A DNA stretch of 64,000 nt, taken from an uncultured delta proteobacterium (lineage in GTDB: Bacteria > Desulfobacterota > Desulfuromonadia > Geobacterales > DSM-12255). How positions within the stretch are numbered: the first letter of the stretch is position 1; each line of letters starts with the position of its first letter. A model generated the notes under the pieces. That model was not told the DNA's origin, ran no database searches, and saw only the letters and a list, made by a program, of their open reading frames with translations. Both the position numbers and the translations under genes were made by a program. Positions 20,066 through 30,052 of the stretch are shown in pieces. Location: the NCBI GenBank assembly GCA_963787125.1, contig CAWBBV010000026.1, positions 1 through 64,000 on the forward strand, written 5' to 3'.

Positions 20066-21270
20066 CTTGAGACCCTCAAGAGGTCATTGACAGCAGCTCC
20101 GGTCGGCAGTTTCATCTTTATTTTCTGGTTGGGGTTGGCTACCTCAAGGAGTCGATCTTTCTCATCAGTCATGGTAATGGCTTGAAAGGAGTCGTTGCGC
20201 ATCCCCGGCCCCATCAGTTCAACGGTATCGCCGGCTTTAATCCTGTTGCGGACGCCAACTGTACAAGTCCCATCAGGATTCACCCCTTCCACAACACCAA
20301 CAAACAGGTGGCTGCGCAGATAGTCGCAGTGGTATTCCTGGCCCACATCCTCGGGGTGGCCAAAGAGAAAGCCGGTGGTGTAGCCGCGATGACTGATCTT
20401 GCAGAGTTCTGCCAGCCAGTCTGGCCGGAAATGATAATCGTCGCCTTCTGCTTTAATGGCGTCAAGTGCCGCTCTATAGGCGCGGACAACTGCTGCGACG
20501 TAGTATATTCCTTTCATCCGTCCCTCGATCTTCAGGGAAGCGATGCCGCTCTTGATAATTTCGGGGAGATGTTCGATCAGGCAGAGATCCTTGGAGTTGA
20601 AGATGAACGTGCCGGTTTCATCTTCCATTACCGGGAAGTACTCGCCGGGACGGGTCTCCTCAACCAGTGAATAGTTCCACCTGCAGGGGTGTGAACACTC
20701 CCCTTTGTTAGCGTTGCGGCCACTCATGACGCTGGAGATGAGGCACCTGCCGGAGTAGGAGATGCACATGGCGCCGTGGGCAAACAGCTCCAGTTCGACA
20801 GAAGTGTTTGCCGAAGTCTCTTTTACTGCAGTCAGAGTCATTTCCCGGGCAAGGTTGATCCGCTTTACCCCTTGTGTTTCCCAGAAACGGACTGCGCGCC
20901 AGTTGACAGAGTTTGCCTGGGTCGAAAGATGAATTGTCTTCTCCGGAGCTATCTCCCGAATCAACTGGATTACGCCGGGATCAGCGGCAATAAGGGCATC
21001 AAAGGGGAGGGGGGCAACCTCTTCAAGATAGGTGGCAAGCGCCGGCAGTTCGTCGTTGGAGGGGTAGCTGTTGACGGTAAGATAGACCTTGACGTTGCGC
21101 TCGTGGGCATAGTCAATCCCTGCAGCCATCTCTTCAAGGGAGAAGTTGTCGGCAAGATTGCGCAGGCCAAAGGCCTTGCCGCCAAGATAAACGGCATCGG
21201 CGCCGTAATGAATCGCAATTTTTAGTTTTTCAAGGTTTCCGGCAGGGGCAAGAAGCTCGGGGATATTCAT
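20062..21270 (-). CDS. Peptidase U32 family protein (TrhP-like tRNA hydroxylase)
   Basis: PELLAPAG, HLSTQAN, HGAMCISYSGRC, GECSHPCRW and LKIEGRMK motifs. Confidence 0.9.
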   Translation of the reverse strand: MNIPELLAPAGNLEKLKIAIHYGADAVYLGGKAFGLRNLADNFSLEEMAAGIDYAHERNVKVYLTVNSYPSNDELPALATYLEEVAPLPFDALIAADPGVIQLIREIAPEKTIHLSTQANSVNWRAVRFWETQGVKRINLAREMTLTAVKETSANTSVELELFAHGAMCISYSGRCLISSVMSGRNANKGECSHPCRWNYSLVEETRPGEYFPVMEDETGTFIFNSKDLCLIEHLPEIIKSGIASLKIEGRMKGIYYVAAVVRAYRAALDAIKAEGDDYHFRPDWLAELCKISHRGYTTGFLFGHPEDVGQEYHCDYLRSHLFVGVVEGVNPDGTCTVGVRNRIKAGDTVELMGPGMRNDSFQAITMTDEKDRLLEVANPNQKIKMKLPTGAAVNDLLRVSR

Positions 21271-21465
21271 TTCGTAGTACTCTTAAACTCTCGGATTGAC
21301 CTGACTCATTATGACGGGGTATATTATCACCCTTTTGGCTAAACATCTTCATTTTTTCACTTCATTAAAATAGCCTCTTGCAATAGTCGCAACAATTTCT
21401 TTTAGTGATTCACCGCTTAAAAGAGAGGTGTTGGCTACAGTCAGAGTTTGAGAGAGCCGATAGAT

Positions 21466-22836
21466 ATGAGTAATGACCTGCATAAAGTTCCACCCCAGAG
21501 TCTTGAAGCCGAGATGTCAATCCTTGGCGGTATCCTCCTTGATAACGAAGCCATCAACAGATCTCTCGAAATTCTCCGTCCTGAAGAGTTCTACCGTGAG
21601 TCGCATCGGAAGATTTTCAAGGCCATGATAGAGCTTAATGATAATGGCGAACCGTGTGACCTGATAACGCTGACGACAATCCTTAAAAAAAGGGGTGATC
21701 TGGAAGATGCCGGTGGCGGCGCTTATCTGGCGATGCTCGTTGATTACGTGCCGACAGCTGCAAATATCTCCTACTACTGCAAAATAGTGAAAGAGAAGGC
21801 TGTTTCAAGGAGTCTGATTACTGCTGCGACCGAAATCGTCACCAAGAGCTTCAATGAACAGACCAATATTGATGAATTGCTTGATAGTGCCCAGAAAGCG
21901 ATCTTCGAAATATCAGAAAACAAGCTGCGCCCGGCTTTTTACCATGTCAAGGATCTGGTCGGCACTACCATCAGGAATATCGAAAAACTCTATGAGAAGA
22001 AGGAACATGTAACCGGCGTACCGACAGGGTTTGTTGATCTTGACGGCATGACCGCCGGTTTTCAGAAAGGCGATCTCATCATTGTGGCCGGGCGTCCATC
22101 AATGGGTAAAACTGCTTTTGCCCTCAATATCGGGCAACATGCGGCGATACATGCCGATCAGAAACAGGCTGTTGCCATCTTCTCCCTGGAGATGAGCAAG
22201 GAACAGCTGGTGACAAGGCTTCTCTGCTCAGAATCACGCATTGATGCCAGTCGCCTCAGAACCGGTCACCTGATCGAATCTGACTGGCCGCGGCTGATGA
22301 ACGGCGCGGGAAAACTTCATGATGCTCTTATCTACATCGATGATACCCCGGCGATCTCTGTGCTCGAAATGCGCGCCAAGTGCCGCAGGCTTAAGGCAGA
22401 AAAGAATATCGGCATGGTGGTAGTCGATTATCTGCAGCTTATGCGCGGCTCCAGTACAGAATCCCGCCAACAGGAAATTTCCGAAATTTCCCGGTCACTC
22501 AAGGCGCTGGCAAAAGAGCTTGATATCCCGGTTGTCGCCCTTTCACAGCTGAATCGGGGGTTGGAGAGCCGCACTGACAAGCGGCCGATGATGAGCGACC
22601 TGCGTGAATCGGGAGCAATAGAACAGGATGCTGACGTTATCATGTTCGTTTATCGAGACGCAGTCTACTGCGAAGCGTGCAAGAAACGCGACAACTCCTG
22701 CAATATTGAAGGGCATGACCGACAAGCTGAAATTATAATCGGCAAGCAGCGTAACGGCCCAATCGGCTCGGTAAGCATGGTCTTTAACGGCGAGTACACG
22801 AAGTTTGAAAATAGAAGCAGAAGAGATGACGGGTAG
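21466..22836 (+). CDS. dnaB: Replicative DNA helicase DnaB
   Basis: PPQSLEAE, GRPSMGKT, DYLQL, SDLRESGAIEQDAD and KQRNGP motifs. Confidence 0.98.
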   Translation: MSNDLHKVPPQSLEAEMSILGGILLDNEAINRSLEILRPEEFYRESHRKIFKAMIELNDNGEPCDLITLTTILKKRGDLEDAGGGAYLAMLVDYVPTAANISYYCKIVKEKAVSRSLITAATEIVTKSFNEQTNIDELLDSAQKAIFEISENKLRPAFYHVKDLVGTTIRNIEKLYEKKEHVTGVPTGFVDLDGMTAGFQKGDLIIVAGRPSMGKTAFALNIGQHAAIHADQKQAVAIFSLEMSKEQLVTRLLCSESRIDASRLRTGHLIESDWPRLMNGAGKLHDALIYIDDTPAISVLEMRAKCRRLKAEKNIGMVVVDYLQLMRGSSTESRQQEISEISRSLKALAKELDIPVVALSQLNRGLESRTDKRPMMSDLRESGAIEQDADVIMFVYRDAVYCEACKKRDNSCNIEGHDRQAEIIIGKQRNGPIGSVSMVFNGEYTKFENRSRRDDG

Positions 22837-22874
22837 GGCTGCTTATTAAAGTATGAAATGAAAAAGGAGGCAAG

Positions 22875-24167
22875 ATGAATCGCTATTTCCCGCTACACAA
22901 ACTGCCGGCCAAGGCCGGCTACAAAAAAGGTGATGTTTTCGTATTGATCGGGGAGTTGTTTGGTCGCGGTTATGCCAACGGTATTGTTGATGAGGCTCGT
23001 AAAGCTGGAATGACGATTGTCGGTACAACCGTCGGCAGGCGCGACAGTGACGGTAATCTCCGGTCGTTAAATAGCGAAGAATTGGCAGAGGCAGAAGCTA
23101 ATCTTGGCGGCAGGATTATCAACGTTCCCCTTGAGGCAGGATTTGACCTGGAACCGGCTAGCGATGGTCAATCATATGCGGATATCCTCAAAAGTGTTAA
23201 ACCTGACAGTTACGAAAGTTTCGTTTGTGACAAAGCTCGGCTTGAAGAAGTCCGCGCCAAGGGGGCTGCCAGATTTAAAGCTAATCTTGCTGCGGTTGTT
23301 GACCAGTTGCAGACAGAGATTCCAGCCGGGGCAAACGTTCTTTTCTCTCATGCCATGGCTGGTGGTATTCCGCGGGTAAGGCTCTTCATGCCGCTGCTCA
23401 ATAAGGTTTTCAAGGGGAGTGGTGATCGTTATCTCTCATCGGCTGCGTTCTGGAACTCAGGACTTGGCGAGCTTTGTCAGGCCAGCTTCAACGAGGTCAG
23501 TGCCGATACCTTTGCCCATCTGCTGGAGGCGACTGCACCGATCAGGGCTACCAATGGAGTTCGCTATACGGCGTACGGTTACCATGGCTGCGAAGTCCTG
23601 ATAAGCGGGGTCTATACCTGGCAATCGTACACGCCTTACGTGCAGGGATGGGCAAAAATTCGCCTGGAAGATCATGCCATTGCTGCCCGGGAACAGGGGA
23701 TCATTGCCACTGTCTACAACTGCCCCGAGATCCAGACTAACTCCAGTGCGCTTTTCATGGGGGTTGAAATATCTCTTTACCCGCTCCTCGAAGCATTGAA
23801 GCGAGAAGGAGAGAGTGCGGCGACACAAGCTGTTTTCGCCGAGTGCCAGGCTCTTTTGAACGATGATGTTTCTGTTGATGAGCTGCTCAAGGCAGCCGAA
23901 AGGTATCTAGCTTCACCTGTTATGAAGCAGTACGGCAAGCTGTCTGAATGGCCGCATCACAATACCGCTGACCAGATGGAACTGATGCTGGCCTCTTCTG
24001 CCGAGCTAATCGCCATGAACCGAAGTCCCAAAGAGATTGTCTGTGCGCCGCTCTCACGAGTCGTCTTCCAGACGACCGGTTACCTGATGTTCCATGACTC
24101 ATGGGCGCCGGAGAAGCCGGTCGCATGGCTGAATCATGACATTATTGCCAAGTGTCTGAATTCATAG
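22875..24167 (+). CDS. Enoyl-ACP reductase, FabMG family
   Basis: GDVFVLIGELFGRGYANG, HAMAGGIP, YTAYGYHG, WQSYTPY...AKIRLE and NCPEIQTNSS motifs, recalled as FabMG-family signatures. Confidence 0.75.
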   Translation: MNRYFPLHKLPAKAGYKKGDVFVLIGELFGRGYANGIVDEARKAGMTIVGTTVGRRDSDGNLRSLNSEELAEAEANLGGRIINVPLEAGFDLEPASDGQSYADILKSVKPDSYESFVCDKARLEEVRAKGAARFKANLAAVVDQLQTEIPAGANVLFSHAMAGGIPRVRLFMPLLNKVFKGSGDRYLSSAAFWNSGLGELCQASFNEVSADTFAHLLEATAPIRATNGVRYTAYGYHGCEVLISGVYTWQSYTPYVQGWAKIRLEDHAIAAREQGIIATVYNCPEIQTNSSALFMGVEISLYPLLEALKREGESAATQAVFAECQALLNDDVSVDELLKAAERYLASPVMKQYGKLSEWPHHNTADQMELMLASSAELIAMNRSPKEIVCAPLSRVVFQTTGYLMFHDSWAPEKPVAWLNHDIIAKCLNS

Positions 24168-24182
24168 AGACGTTCTTTTCAT

Positions 24183-24227
24183 AAATAAAAAAGGCTGAAG
24201 CAGTGAATGCTTCAGCCTTTTTTATTT
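24183..24227. terminator. Bidirectional intrinsic terminator
   Basis: Inverted repeat AAATAAAAAAGGCTGAAGCA / TGCTTCAGCCTTTTTTATTT between convergent genes. Confidence 0.88.
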
Positions 24228-24253
24228 GATGATAAATTCCATTCAGAAATAGC

Positions 24254-25069
24254 TTAGTCGATTTTTGCGGCAATACACTCAATCAGGACAATCCGCTCTT
24301 CGTTGAGGTTGCGAACCTGATTGCGTGCCATTTCAGGGAAGCTGCCGCCAAAAAGGAGTTGTACACCGAGAGTCGGTGGCGCACTGGTTGCAGATCGCTT
24401 GGCAAGGCGGCTGAACCAGGTTCGCCCCTCGTCAGTGGAGTCGTGCCAGGAGCTTACTGTTAGCCCTGCGGAGTCAAGAAGCTGTCTTAGCTCCTGCGGA
24501 GTTAAGAGGTGGCTGTGGGATGCCTCTCTTGCCCATGGCACCGGAGTATGGATTTTGCCGCCAGCTCCTGCAAGGATGTCATACAGCGCCAGAGAGCCGT
24601 CGGGTTTCAAGACTCTGCGGATTTCATTGTAGAGGCCTATTTTGTCAGAGATATTCATGGCGGTGTGAACAGTCCAGACGCAGTCGAAACAGGAGTCAGG
24701 AAAGGGGAGAGCGGTTGCGTCGCTCTGCAGGTACGAAGCTTTGGCAGCGAGTCCGGTCAGTTCGCCAAGAGCTGCAGCTGCCCGGCAATATTCAAAAGTC
24801 AGATCAATGCCCGTTATCTGACAGTCGAATGTAGTCGCCAGATAACGGGCAGCTCCGCCAATGCCGCAGCCGATATCAAGAACCGTTGAGTCTCTGTTCA
24901 GATTGAGTTTCTGCGCCAGTTCAATGGTTGCTTTGCGGCCGCGGACATGAAGTTCGTCAATCGGTGCGAGATCAGTGATAGTGATCTGTGCCGGATTTTT
25001 TCCGCCAGCGGTGATTGCAGCCAGGATGGTTTCTGTCAGGCCGCTGCAGTTATAGTGATTTTCTGTCAT
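24254..25069 (-). CDS. Class I SAM-dependent methyltransferase (sarcosine/tocopherol MTase-like)
   Basis: DELHVRGRKAT, VLDIGCGIGG, DATALPF and PVPWA motifs. Start is uncertain. Confidence 0.8.
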   Translation of the reverse strand: MTENHYNCSGLTETILAAITAGGKNPAQITITDLAPIDELHVRGRKATIELAQKLNLNRDSTVLDIGCGIGGAARYLATTFDCQITGIDLTFEYCRAAAALGELTGLAAKASYLQSDATALPFPDSCFDCVWTVHTAMNISDKIGLYNEIRRVLKPDGSLALYDILAGAGGKIHTPVPWAREASHSHLLTPQELRQLLDSAGLTVSSWHDSTDEGRTWFSRLAKRSATSAPPTLGVQLLFGGSFPEMARNQVRNLNEERIVLIECIAAKID

Positions 25070-25087
25070 TGGGGTGGTCACGTGAGG

Positions 25088-25121
25088 AAAAAGGGGGGTG
25101 CATGAACAGCACCCCCCCCCC
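25088..25121 (-). terminator. Intrinsic terminator after ppdK
   Basis: On the minus strand: G-run TGC, loop, GCA C-run, followed by TTTTT. Confidence 0.75.
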
Positions 25122-25137
25122 ATGAAAACAGTTATGG

Positions 25138-27795
25138 TCAGGCAAGAGCCGCATGGGCAGCGGCAAGACGGGCAATCGGCACCCGGAAGGGTGAACAGGA
25201 AACATAGTCGAGGCCGACGTTGTGGCAGAAAATGACCGAGGCCGGATCCCCGCCATGCTCGCCGCAGATGCCGAGCTTGATACCCGCCCTGGTTGAGCGC
25301 CCCAGCTCGCAGGCCATTTTGACCAGTTTGCCGACGCCATTCTGATCCAGTGAAACAAAGGGGTCTTCAGGCAGGAGGCCGTTTTCCACGTAGAAAGGGA
25401 GGAACTTGCCGGCATCGTCGCGCGACAGGCCAAAAGTCGTCTGGGTCAGATCGTTCGTTCCAAAGGAGAAGAATTCTGCTTCGACGGCAATTTCATCGGC
25501 AGTCAGCGCTGCTCTGGGAAGTTCTATCATTGTGCCGATGAGGTATTCAACCTTGACACCGTAACGGGCGATCACCTCCTCACATATTCTGATGGAGTTG
25601 GCGCGCAGCACTTTCAACTCGGAAACGGTGGCAATGAGCGGGATCATAATCTCGGGAACGATGCTGAACCCTTCATTCTTGACCAGTTCACAGGCAGCCT
25701 CCATGATAGCCTGAACCTGCATATCGTAGATCTCCGGGTAGGTGAGACCGAGGCGGCAGCCACGGTGGCCGAGCATCGGGTTGAATTCGTGCAGGAACTC
25801 AACTTTGTGCCGCAGCTGTTGGGTGGATACTGAAAGCGATTTTGCGAGTGTTTCAATATCCTTCTCTTCTTGCGGGAGGAATTCGTGCAGCGGCGGATCG
25901 AGCAGCCGTATGGTTACCGGCAGACCTTTCATCTCTTTGAATATGCCGATAAAGTCACCTTTTTGCATCGGCAGTATCTTGGCAAGCGCCTTCTGTCGAC
26001 CTTCAAGGTCTTCGGAGAGGATCATTTCCCTTACAGCAGAAATGCGCTCCGCATCAAAAAACATATGTTCTGTCCGGCAAAGGCCGATTCCCTCGGCACC
26101 GAAATCTCTGGCAACCCTGGAATCATGGGGGGTGTCGGCGTTGGCGCGCACTTTTAGTTTCCTGAAGCTGTCCACCCATCCCATGAGGGTGCCGAAGTCG
26201 CCGGTCATTTCCGGTGAAACTGTCGGCACCTCGCCGAGCATGACTTCGCCAGTGGAACCGTCGAGAGTGATAACGTCGCCTTTCTTGATGATCTGACCGT
26301 TTCTTGCCATGAACTTTTCACCAGCGTAGTCGACTTTAATCTCTCCGCAACCTGCAACGCAGCATTTGCCCATACCACGGGCGACAACCGCCGCGTGGGA
26401 GGTCATGCCGCCCCGTGCAGTCAGAATGCCCTGGGCAGCGTGCATGCCGTGGATATCCTCGGGACTGGTTTCAATCCTGACGAGGATGAGGCGTTTACCC
26501 ATCTTGGACTCTGCTTCTGCCTCATCCGCAGTAAAGACAACCACCCCTGAAGCTGCACCTGGCGATGCCGGGAGCCCTTTAGCGATAATAGTTTTCGGTG
26601 CTTTAGGGTCGAGGGAGGGGTGGAGGAGCTGGTCGAGCTGTGATGGTGCGACGCGGAGAACTGCGGTTTTTTTGTCTATCAACCCTTCTCTTTCCATATC
26701 GACGGCTACCTTGATCGCAGCCTTGGCTGTTCTCTTGCCGGTACGGGTCTGGAGCATGAAGAGCTTCCCTTTTTCAATGGTGAACTCGATGTCCTGCATA
26801 TCCTGGTAATGTTTTTCAAGGATATGGCGGATAGCGTCAAGTTGGCCGTAGCAATCAGGCAGAACTTCCTCCATGGAAGGGAGATCGCCGGCTCTTTTCT
26901 GGTAGATATTGAGCGGCTGCGGGGTGCGGATACCGGCAACGACGTCCTCACCCTGGGCATTGACCAGGTATTCGCCGTAGAAGTAGTTTTCGCCGGTGGA
27001 GGGGTCGCGGGTAAAGGCGACACCGGTAGCGCAGTCGTCACCCATGTTGCCAAAAACCATGGACTGTACGTTGACTGCTGTTCCCCAGTCAGAAGGGATG
27101 CTGTTGAGCCTGCGGTAGGTTACAGCCCGCTGATTCATCCAGGAGCCGAAGACAGCGCCGATGGCGCCCCACAACTGGGCATGGGGATCTTCCGGGAAAT
27201 CCTGGCCGAGATGCTCTTTGATCGATTTCTTGAAAGCAGCGACCAAATCTTTCCAGTCAGTCGCAGTCAGCTCAGTATCAAAATGAACACCTTTTTGCTC
27301 TTTCTTCATTTCAAGTTGATGCTCAAGGATATGCTTGTCCATTCCCATAACAACATCCGAGTACATCTGGACAAAGCGGCGGTAAGCATCATATGCGAAG
27401 CGTTCGTCGCCGCTCTGGGCAATGATCCCCTGAACAGTGGTATCATTAAGACCCAGATTGAGAATCGTATCCATCATCCCCGGCATGGATGCCCGCGAAC
27501 CTGAACGTACAGAGACAAAGAGCGGATTTTTCGGGTCGCCGAAGGTCCGCCCCATAAGCTTTTCAACATCAGCAAGGTTCGTGGCAACTTCGTTTTGGAG
27601 ACTTTGCGGGTAGGTTTCATTGTTTGCATAATAATACGTGCAGACTTCGGTGGAAATGGTGAATCCCGGTGGCACCGGGAGCCCTATACTGGTCATCTCC
27701 GCAAGGTTTGCACCTTTGCCGCCGAGAAGGTTTTTCATTGTTGCCGCACCTTCAGCCTTGCCGTTGCCAAAGAAATACACATACTTGGATGACAT
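25138..27795 (-). CDS. ppdK: Pyruvate, phosphate dikinase
   Basis: [33 protein letters not shown] (phospho-His), GLCRTEHM and [10 protein letters not shown] motifs. Confidence 0.98.
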   Translation of the reverse strand: MSSKYVYFFGNGKAEGAATMKNLLGGKGANLAEMTSIGLPVPPGFTISTEVCTYYYANNETYPQSLQNEVATNLADVEKLMGRTFGDPKNPLFVSVRSGSRASMPGMMDTILNLGLNDTTVQGIIAQSGDERFAYDAYRRFVQMYSDVVMGMDKHILEHQLEMKKEQKGVHFDTELTATDWKDLVAAFKKSIKEHLGQDFPEDPHAQLWGAIGAVFGSWMNQRAVTYRRLNSIPSDWGTAVNVQSMVFGNMGDDCATGVAFTRDPSTGENYFYGEYLVNAQGEDVVAGIRTPQPLNIYQKRAGDLPSMEEVLPDCYGQLDAIRHILEKHYQDMQDIEFTIEKGKLFMLQTRTGKRTAKAAIKVAVDMEREGLIDKKTAVLRVAPSQLDQLLHPSLDPKAPKTIIAKGLPASPGAASGVVVFTADEAEAESKMGKRLILVRIETSPEDIHGMHAAQGILTARGGMTSHAAVVARGMGKCCVAGCGEIKVDYAGEKFMARNGQIIKKGDVITLDGSTGEVMLGEVPTVSPEMTGDFGTLMGWVDSFRKLKVRANADTPHDSRVARDFGAEGIGLCRTEHMFFDAERISAVREMILSEDLEGRQKALAKILPMQKGDFIGIFKEMKGLPVTIRLLDPPLHEFLPQEEKDIETLAKSLSVSTQQLRHKVEFLHEFNPMLGHRGCRLGLTYPEIYDMQVQAIMEAACELVKNEGFSIVPEIMIPLIATVSELKVLRANSIRICEEVIARYGVKVEYLIGTMIELPRAALTADEIAVEAEFFSFGTNDLTQTTFGLSRDDAGKFLPFYVENGLLPEDPFVSLDQNGVGKLVKMACELGRSTRAGIKLGICGEHGGDPASVIFCHNVGLDYVSCSPFRVPIARLAAAHAALA

Positions 27796-27947
27796 CTGTT
27801 CTCCTTTATGACCGACTTGTTAAGTATTAAAAACTGCTATTCGCCGGTATTTATACACATACAAAAGGAGAATAGCAACTCTTATCGAAGTCTAAGTAGC
27901 TAATTTTACTAATCATAAACGATTTTCAGGCGGGGTGAAAAGGTTGG

Positions 27948-29663
27948 CTATACCGGCGCATCAGTCAGGCCGATTGCAGCCGTTTCACCGATTCCTCCAA
28001 AACGCTCGTTGACGACAGCAGCGCGACTCAAAGCTGAGGTGATATTCGGCAGGACATTGCGGGCTCCGATGATTTTCGGGAGTGAGGAGGTGTAAATAAG
28101 TCGCTTTGGCTGGCTGCGGGCTCCGCAAATAATAAGCGTTCTGCCGGAAGCGTGCAGCCTTTCATAGAACTGTTCAATCGCATAAACTCCGGTGGCGTCA
28201 ATAGCGGTCATATATCTTAACCTGAGAATGACGATATTGTTGAGTTCCTCTATGGCAGCGTCTTTAAGTTTTTCCGCTACTCCAAAGAGAAACGGACCCT
28301 GAATATGATAAATACTGACGTAGTGGGGGATGGCGTGATCCTGAACCCGGTGCGCCCTGGCCTTGTCAATTGCTTCTATGGTGAGCGGTGCCACGACGGT
28401 AGTTTTAGAAACCTGATAAATGTAGAGCAGCGCCGCCAGGGTCATCCCCACTTCAACGGCTACCGTCAAATCAGCCAGCACAGTCAGGGCAAAGGTGATG
28501 ATCCAGACAGTAATGTCTTTAGGTTCCTGCTTCAATATCATCGGAATTTCGCGCCATTCACCCATGTTGTAGGAAACAACGAACAGCACCGCTGCCAGCG
28601 TTCCGAGCGGAATGAATTTTGCCAGTGGTGCGGCAAAAAGGATGATTGCAAGGAGTGTCAGGGCATGGATTATGCCGGAAACCGGGGTACGGGCGCCGGA
28701 ACGGATATTGGTTGCTGTTCTGGCAATTGCGCCGGTCACCGGAATTCCGCCGAAAAGCGGTACGGTAAGATTGGCAATCCCCTGGGCAACCAACTCGACG
28801 TTGGAGTTGTGGCGGTCACCGCTCATTGAGTCGGCGACAACAGCCGAAAGCAGGCTCTCGATTGCGGCCAGGAGTGCGACAGTAATTGCAGAGGGTATCA
28901 GTGGAATAATGAGGTCGAGGCGAAACTGTGGGATCTGGAGCTTTGGCAGGCCTGTCGGGATACCGCCAAACTTTGAGCCGATAGTTTCAACGGGGATGTT
29001 GAAAAGAGGAATGCAGGCGGTTGCCACAACCAAGGCTATGATCGAACCGGGAATTTTTTTCGTGAATCTGGGCGTAAACAGAATGACTAACAGTGAGATC
29101 AGCGCCAATGTAATGGTAACCGGTTGCGCAGTGGCTAGATGTTCCCACAGAAACCTCATCCGCTCAAGAAATTCACTGGGAACGCTCCCTTGTGCCGTAA
29201 TGCCGAGGAAATCTTTTATCTGGGTTGAGGCTATCAACACGGCTATGCCGTTGGTAAAGCCTATAATTACCGGCCTGGGGATAAATTTTACCGCATTGCC
29301 AAGGCCGGTGAGTCCGAGAAAGAGAAGCATTGCCCCGGCCATCATCGTCACCATCAGCAGGCCTGAAAGCCCGTGTTTGGCGATTATGGCAGCTATGACA
29401 ACCACAAAGGCGCCGGTGGGGCCGCCAATCTGGGTTTTGGACCCTCCCAGTGCCGAAATAATAAAGCCGGCAATTACGGCGGTGTAGATACCTGCTTGCG
29501 GCGTAACTCCTGACGATATACCAAAGGCCATTGCCAGTGGGAGCGCTACCAACCCGACGGTTAGTCCGGCGGTAAGGTCGGCGGTAAAGTCCTTTCTGCT
29601 GTAGTTTGCTAATGATTCAACAGATTTCGGCAGCCAGGCGCTGAATGAGGAGAGTTTGATCAC
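27948..29663 (-). CDS. SulP/SLC26 anion permease with STAS domain
   Basis: ALPLAMAFG, QIGGPTGAF, AIESLLSAVVAD and TGAIARTATN motifs; STAS GPFLFG...IDATG. Confidence 0.93.
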   Translation of the reverse strand: MIKLSSFSAWLPKSVESLANYSRKDFTADLTAGLTVGLVALPLAMAFGISSGVTPQAGIYTAVIAGFIISALGGSKTQIGGPTGAFVVVIAAIIAKHGLSGLLMVTMMAGAMLLFLGLTGLGNAVKFIPRPVIIGFTNGIAVLIASTQIKDFLGITAQGSVPSEFLERMRFLWEHLATAQPVTITLALISLLVILFTPRFTKKIPGSIIALVVATACIPLFNIPVETIGSKFGGIPTGLPKLQIPQFRLDLIIPLIPSAITVALLAAIESLLSAVVADSMSGDRHNSNVELVAQGIANLTVPLFGGIPVTGAIARTATNIRSGARTPVSGIIHALTLLAIILFAAPLAKFIPLGTLAAVLFVVSYNMGEWREIPMILKQEPKDITVWIITFALTVLADLTVAVEVGMTLAALLYIYQVSKTTVVAPLTIEAIDKARAHRVQDHAIPHYVSIYHIQGPFLFGVAEKLKDAAIEELNNIVILRLRYMTAIDATGVYAIEQFYERLHASGRTLIICGARSQPKRLIYTSSLPKIIGARNVLPNITSALSRAAVVNERFGGIGETAAIGLTDAPV

Positions 29664-29811
29664 AGGGGTTTCCTTAACATTGGAGTTGTTCTGCTATTGG
29701 CAGATAACAAAGTTTGGCAGAACATTAATTTTAGTGAAAGTAAAAAAAACGTTAAAATATTTACGTATGCTCAATTAAGATCTATACAAAATATTTATGA
29801 ACAAAGCAAAC

Positions 29812-29837
29812 AAAAAAGCCCTGATTTCTCAGGGCTT
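29812..29837 (-). terminator. Terminator downstream of tRNA-Leu
   Basis: Minus-strand hairpin AAGCCCTGA-GAAA-TCAGGGCTT followed by a T run. Confidence 0.75.
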
Positions 29838-29863
29838 ACATATGCTGCTTTATCAATTGTTGA

Positions 29864-29949
29864 TGGTACCGGAGGCCGGACTCGAACCGGCATGTCCTTG
29901 CGGACGGCAGATTTTGAGTCTGCTGTGTCTACCATTTCACCACTCCGGC
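29864..29949 (-). tRNA. tRNA-Leu (anticodon CAA)
   Basis: Reverse complement GCCGGAGTGGTGAAATGGTAGACACAGCAGACTCAAAATCTGCCGTCCGCAAGGACATGCCGGTTCGAGTCCGGCCTCCGGTACCA: long variable arm, GTTCGA T loop, encoded CCA. Confidence 0.97.
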
Positions 29950-30052
29950 AAGTGGATGCAGTATAGAGAATGGTTTTTGTCGCGTCAAGATTGAATTGAT
30001 GCAGACTTGGTAAATTGTTGTCACACCATCAGTTGATGCAAGAATAGTTCAA

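Noticed and set aside
21466..22836. Intein in DnaB
   Set aside because: Normal length (456 aa) and no splicing motifs; only a short Cys-rich loop.
29797..29994. ORFs 29697-29966 and 29797-29994
   Set aside because: They overlap tRNA-Leu and its terminator on the opposite strand.
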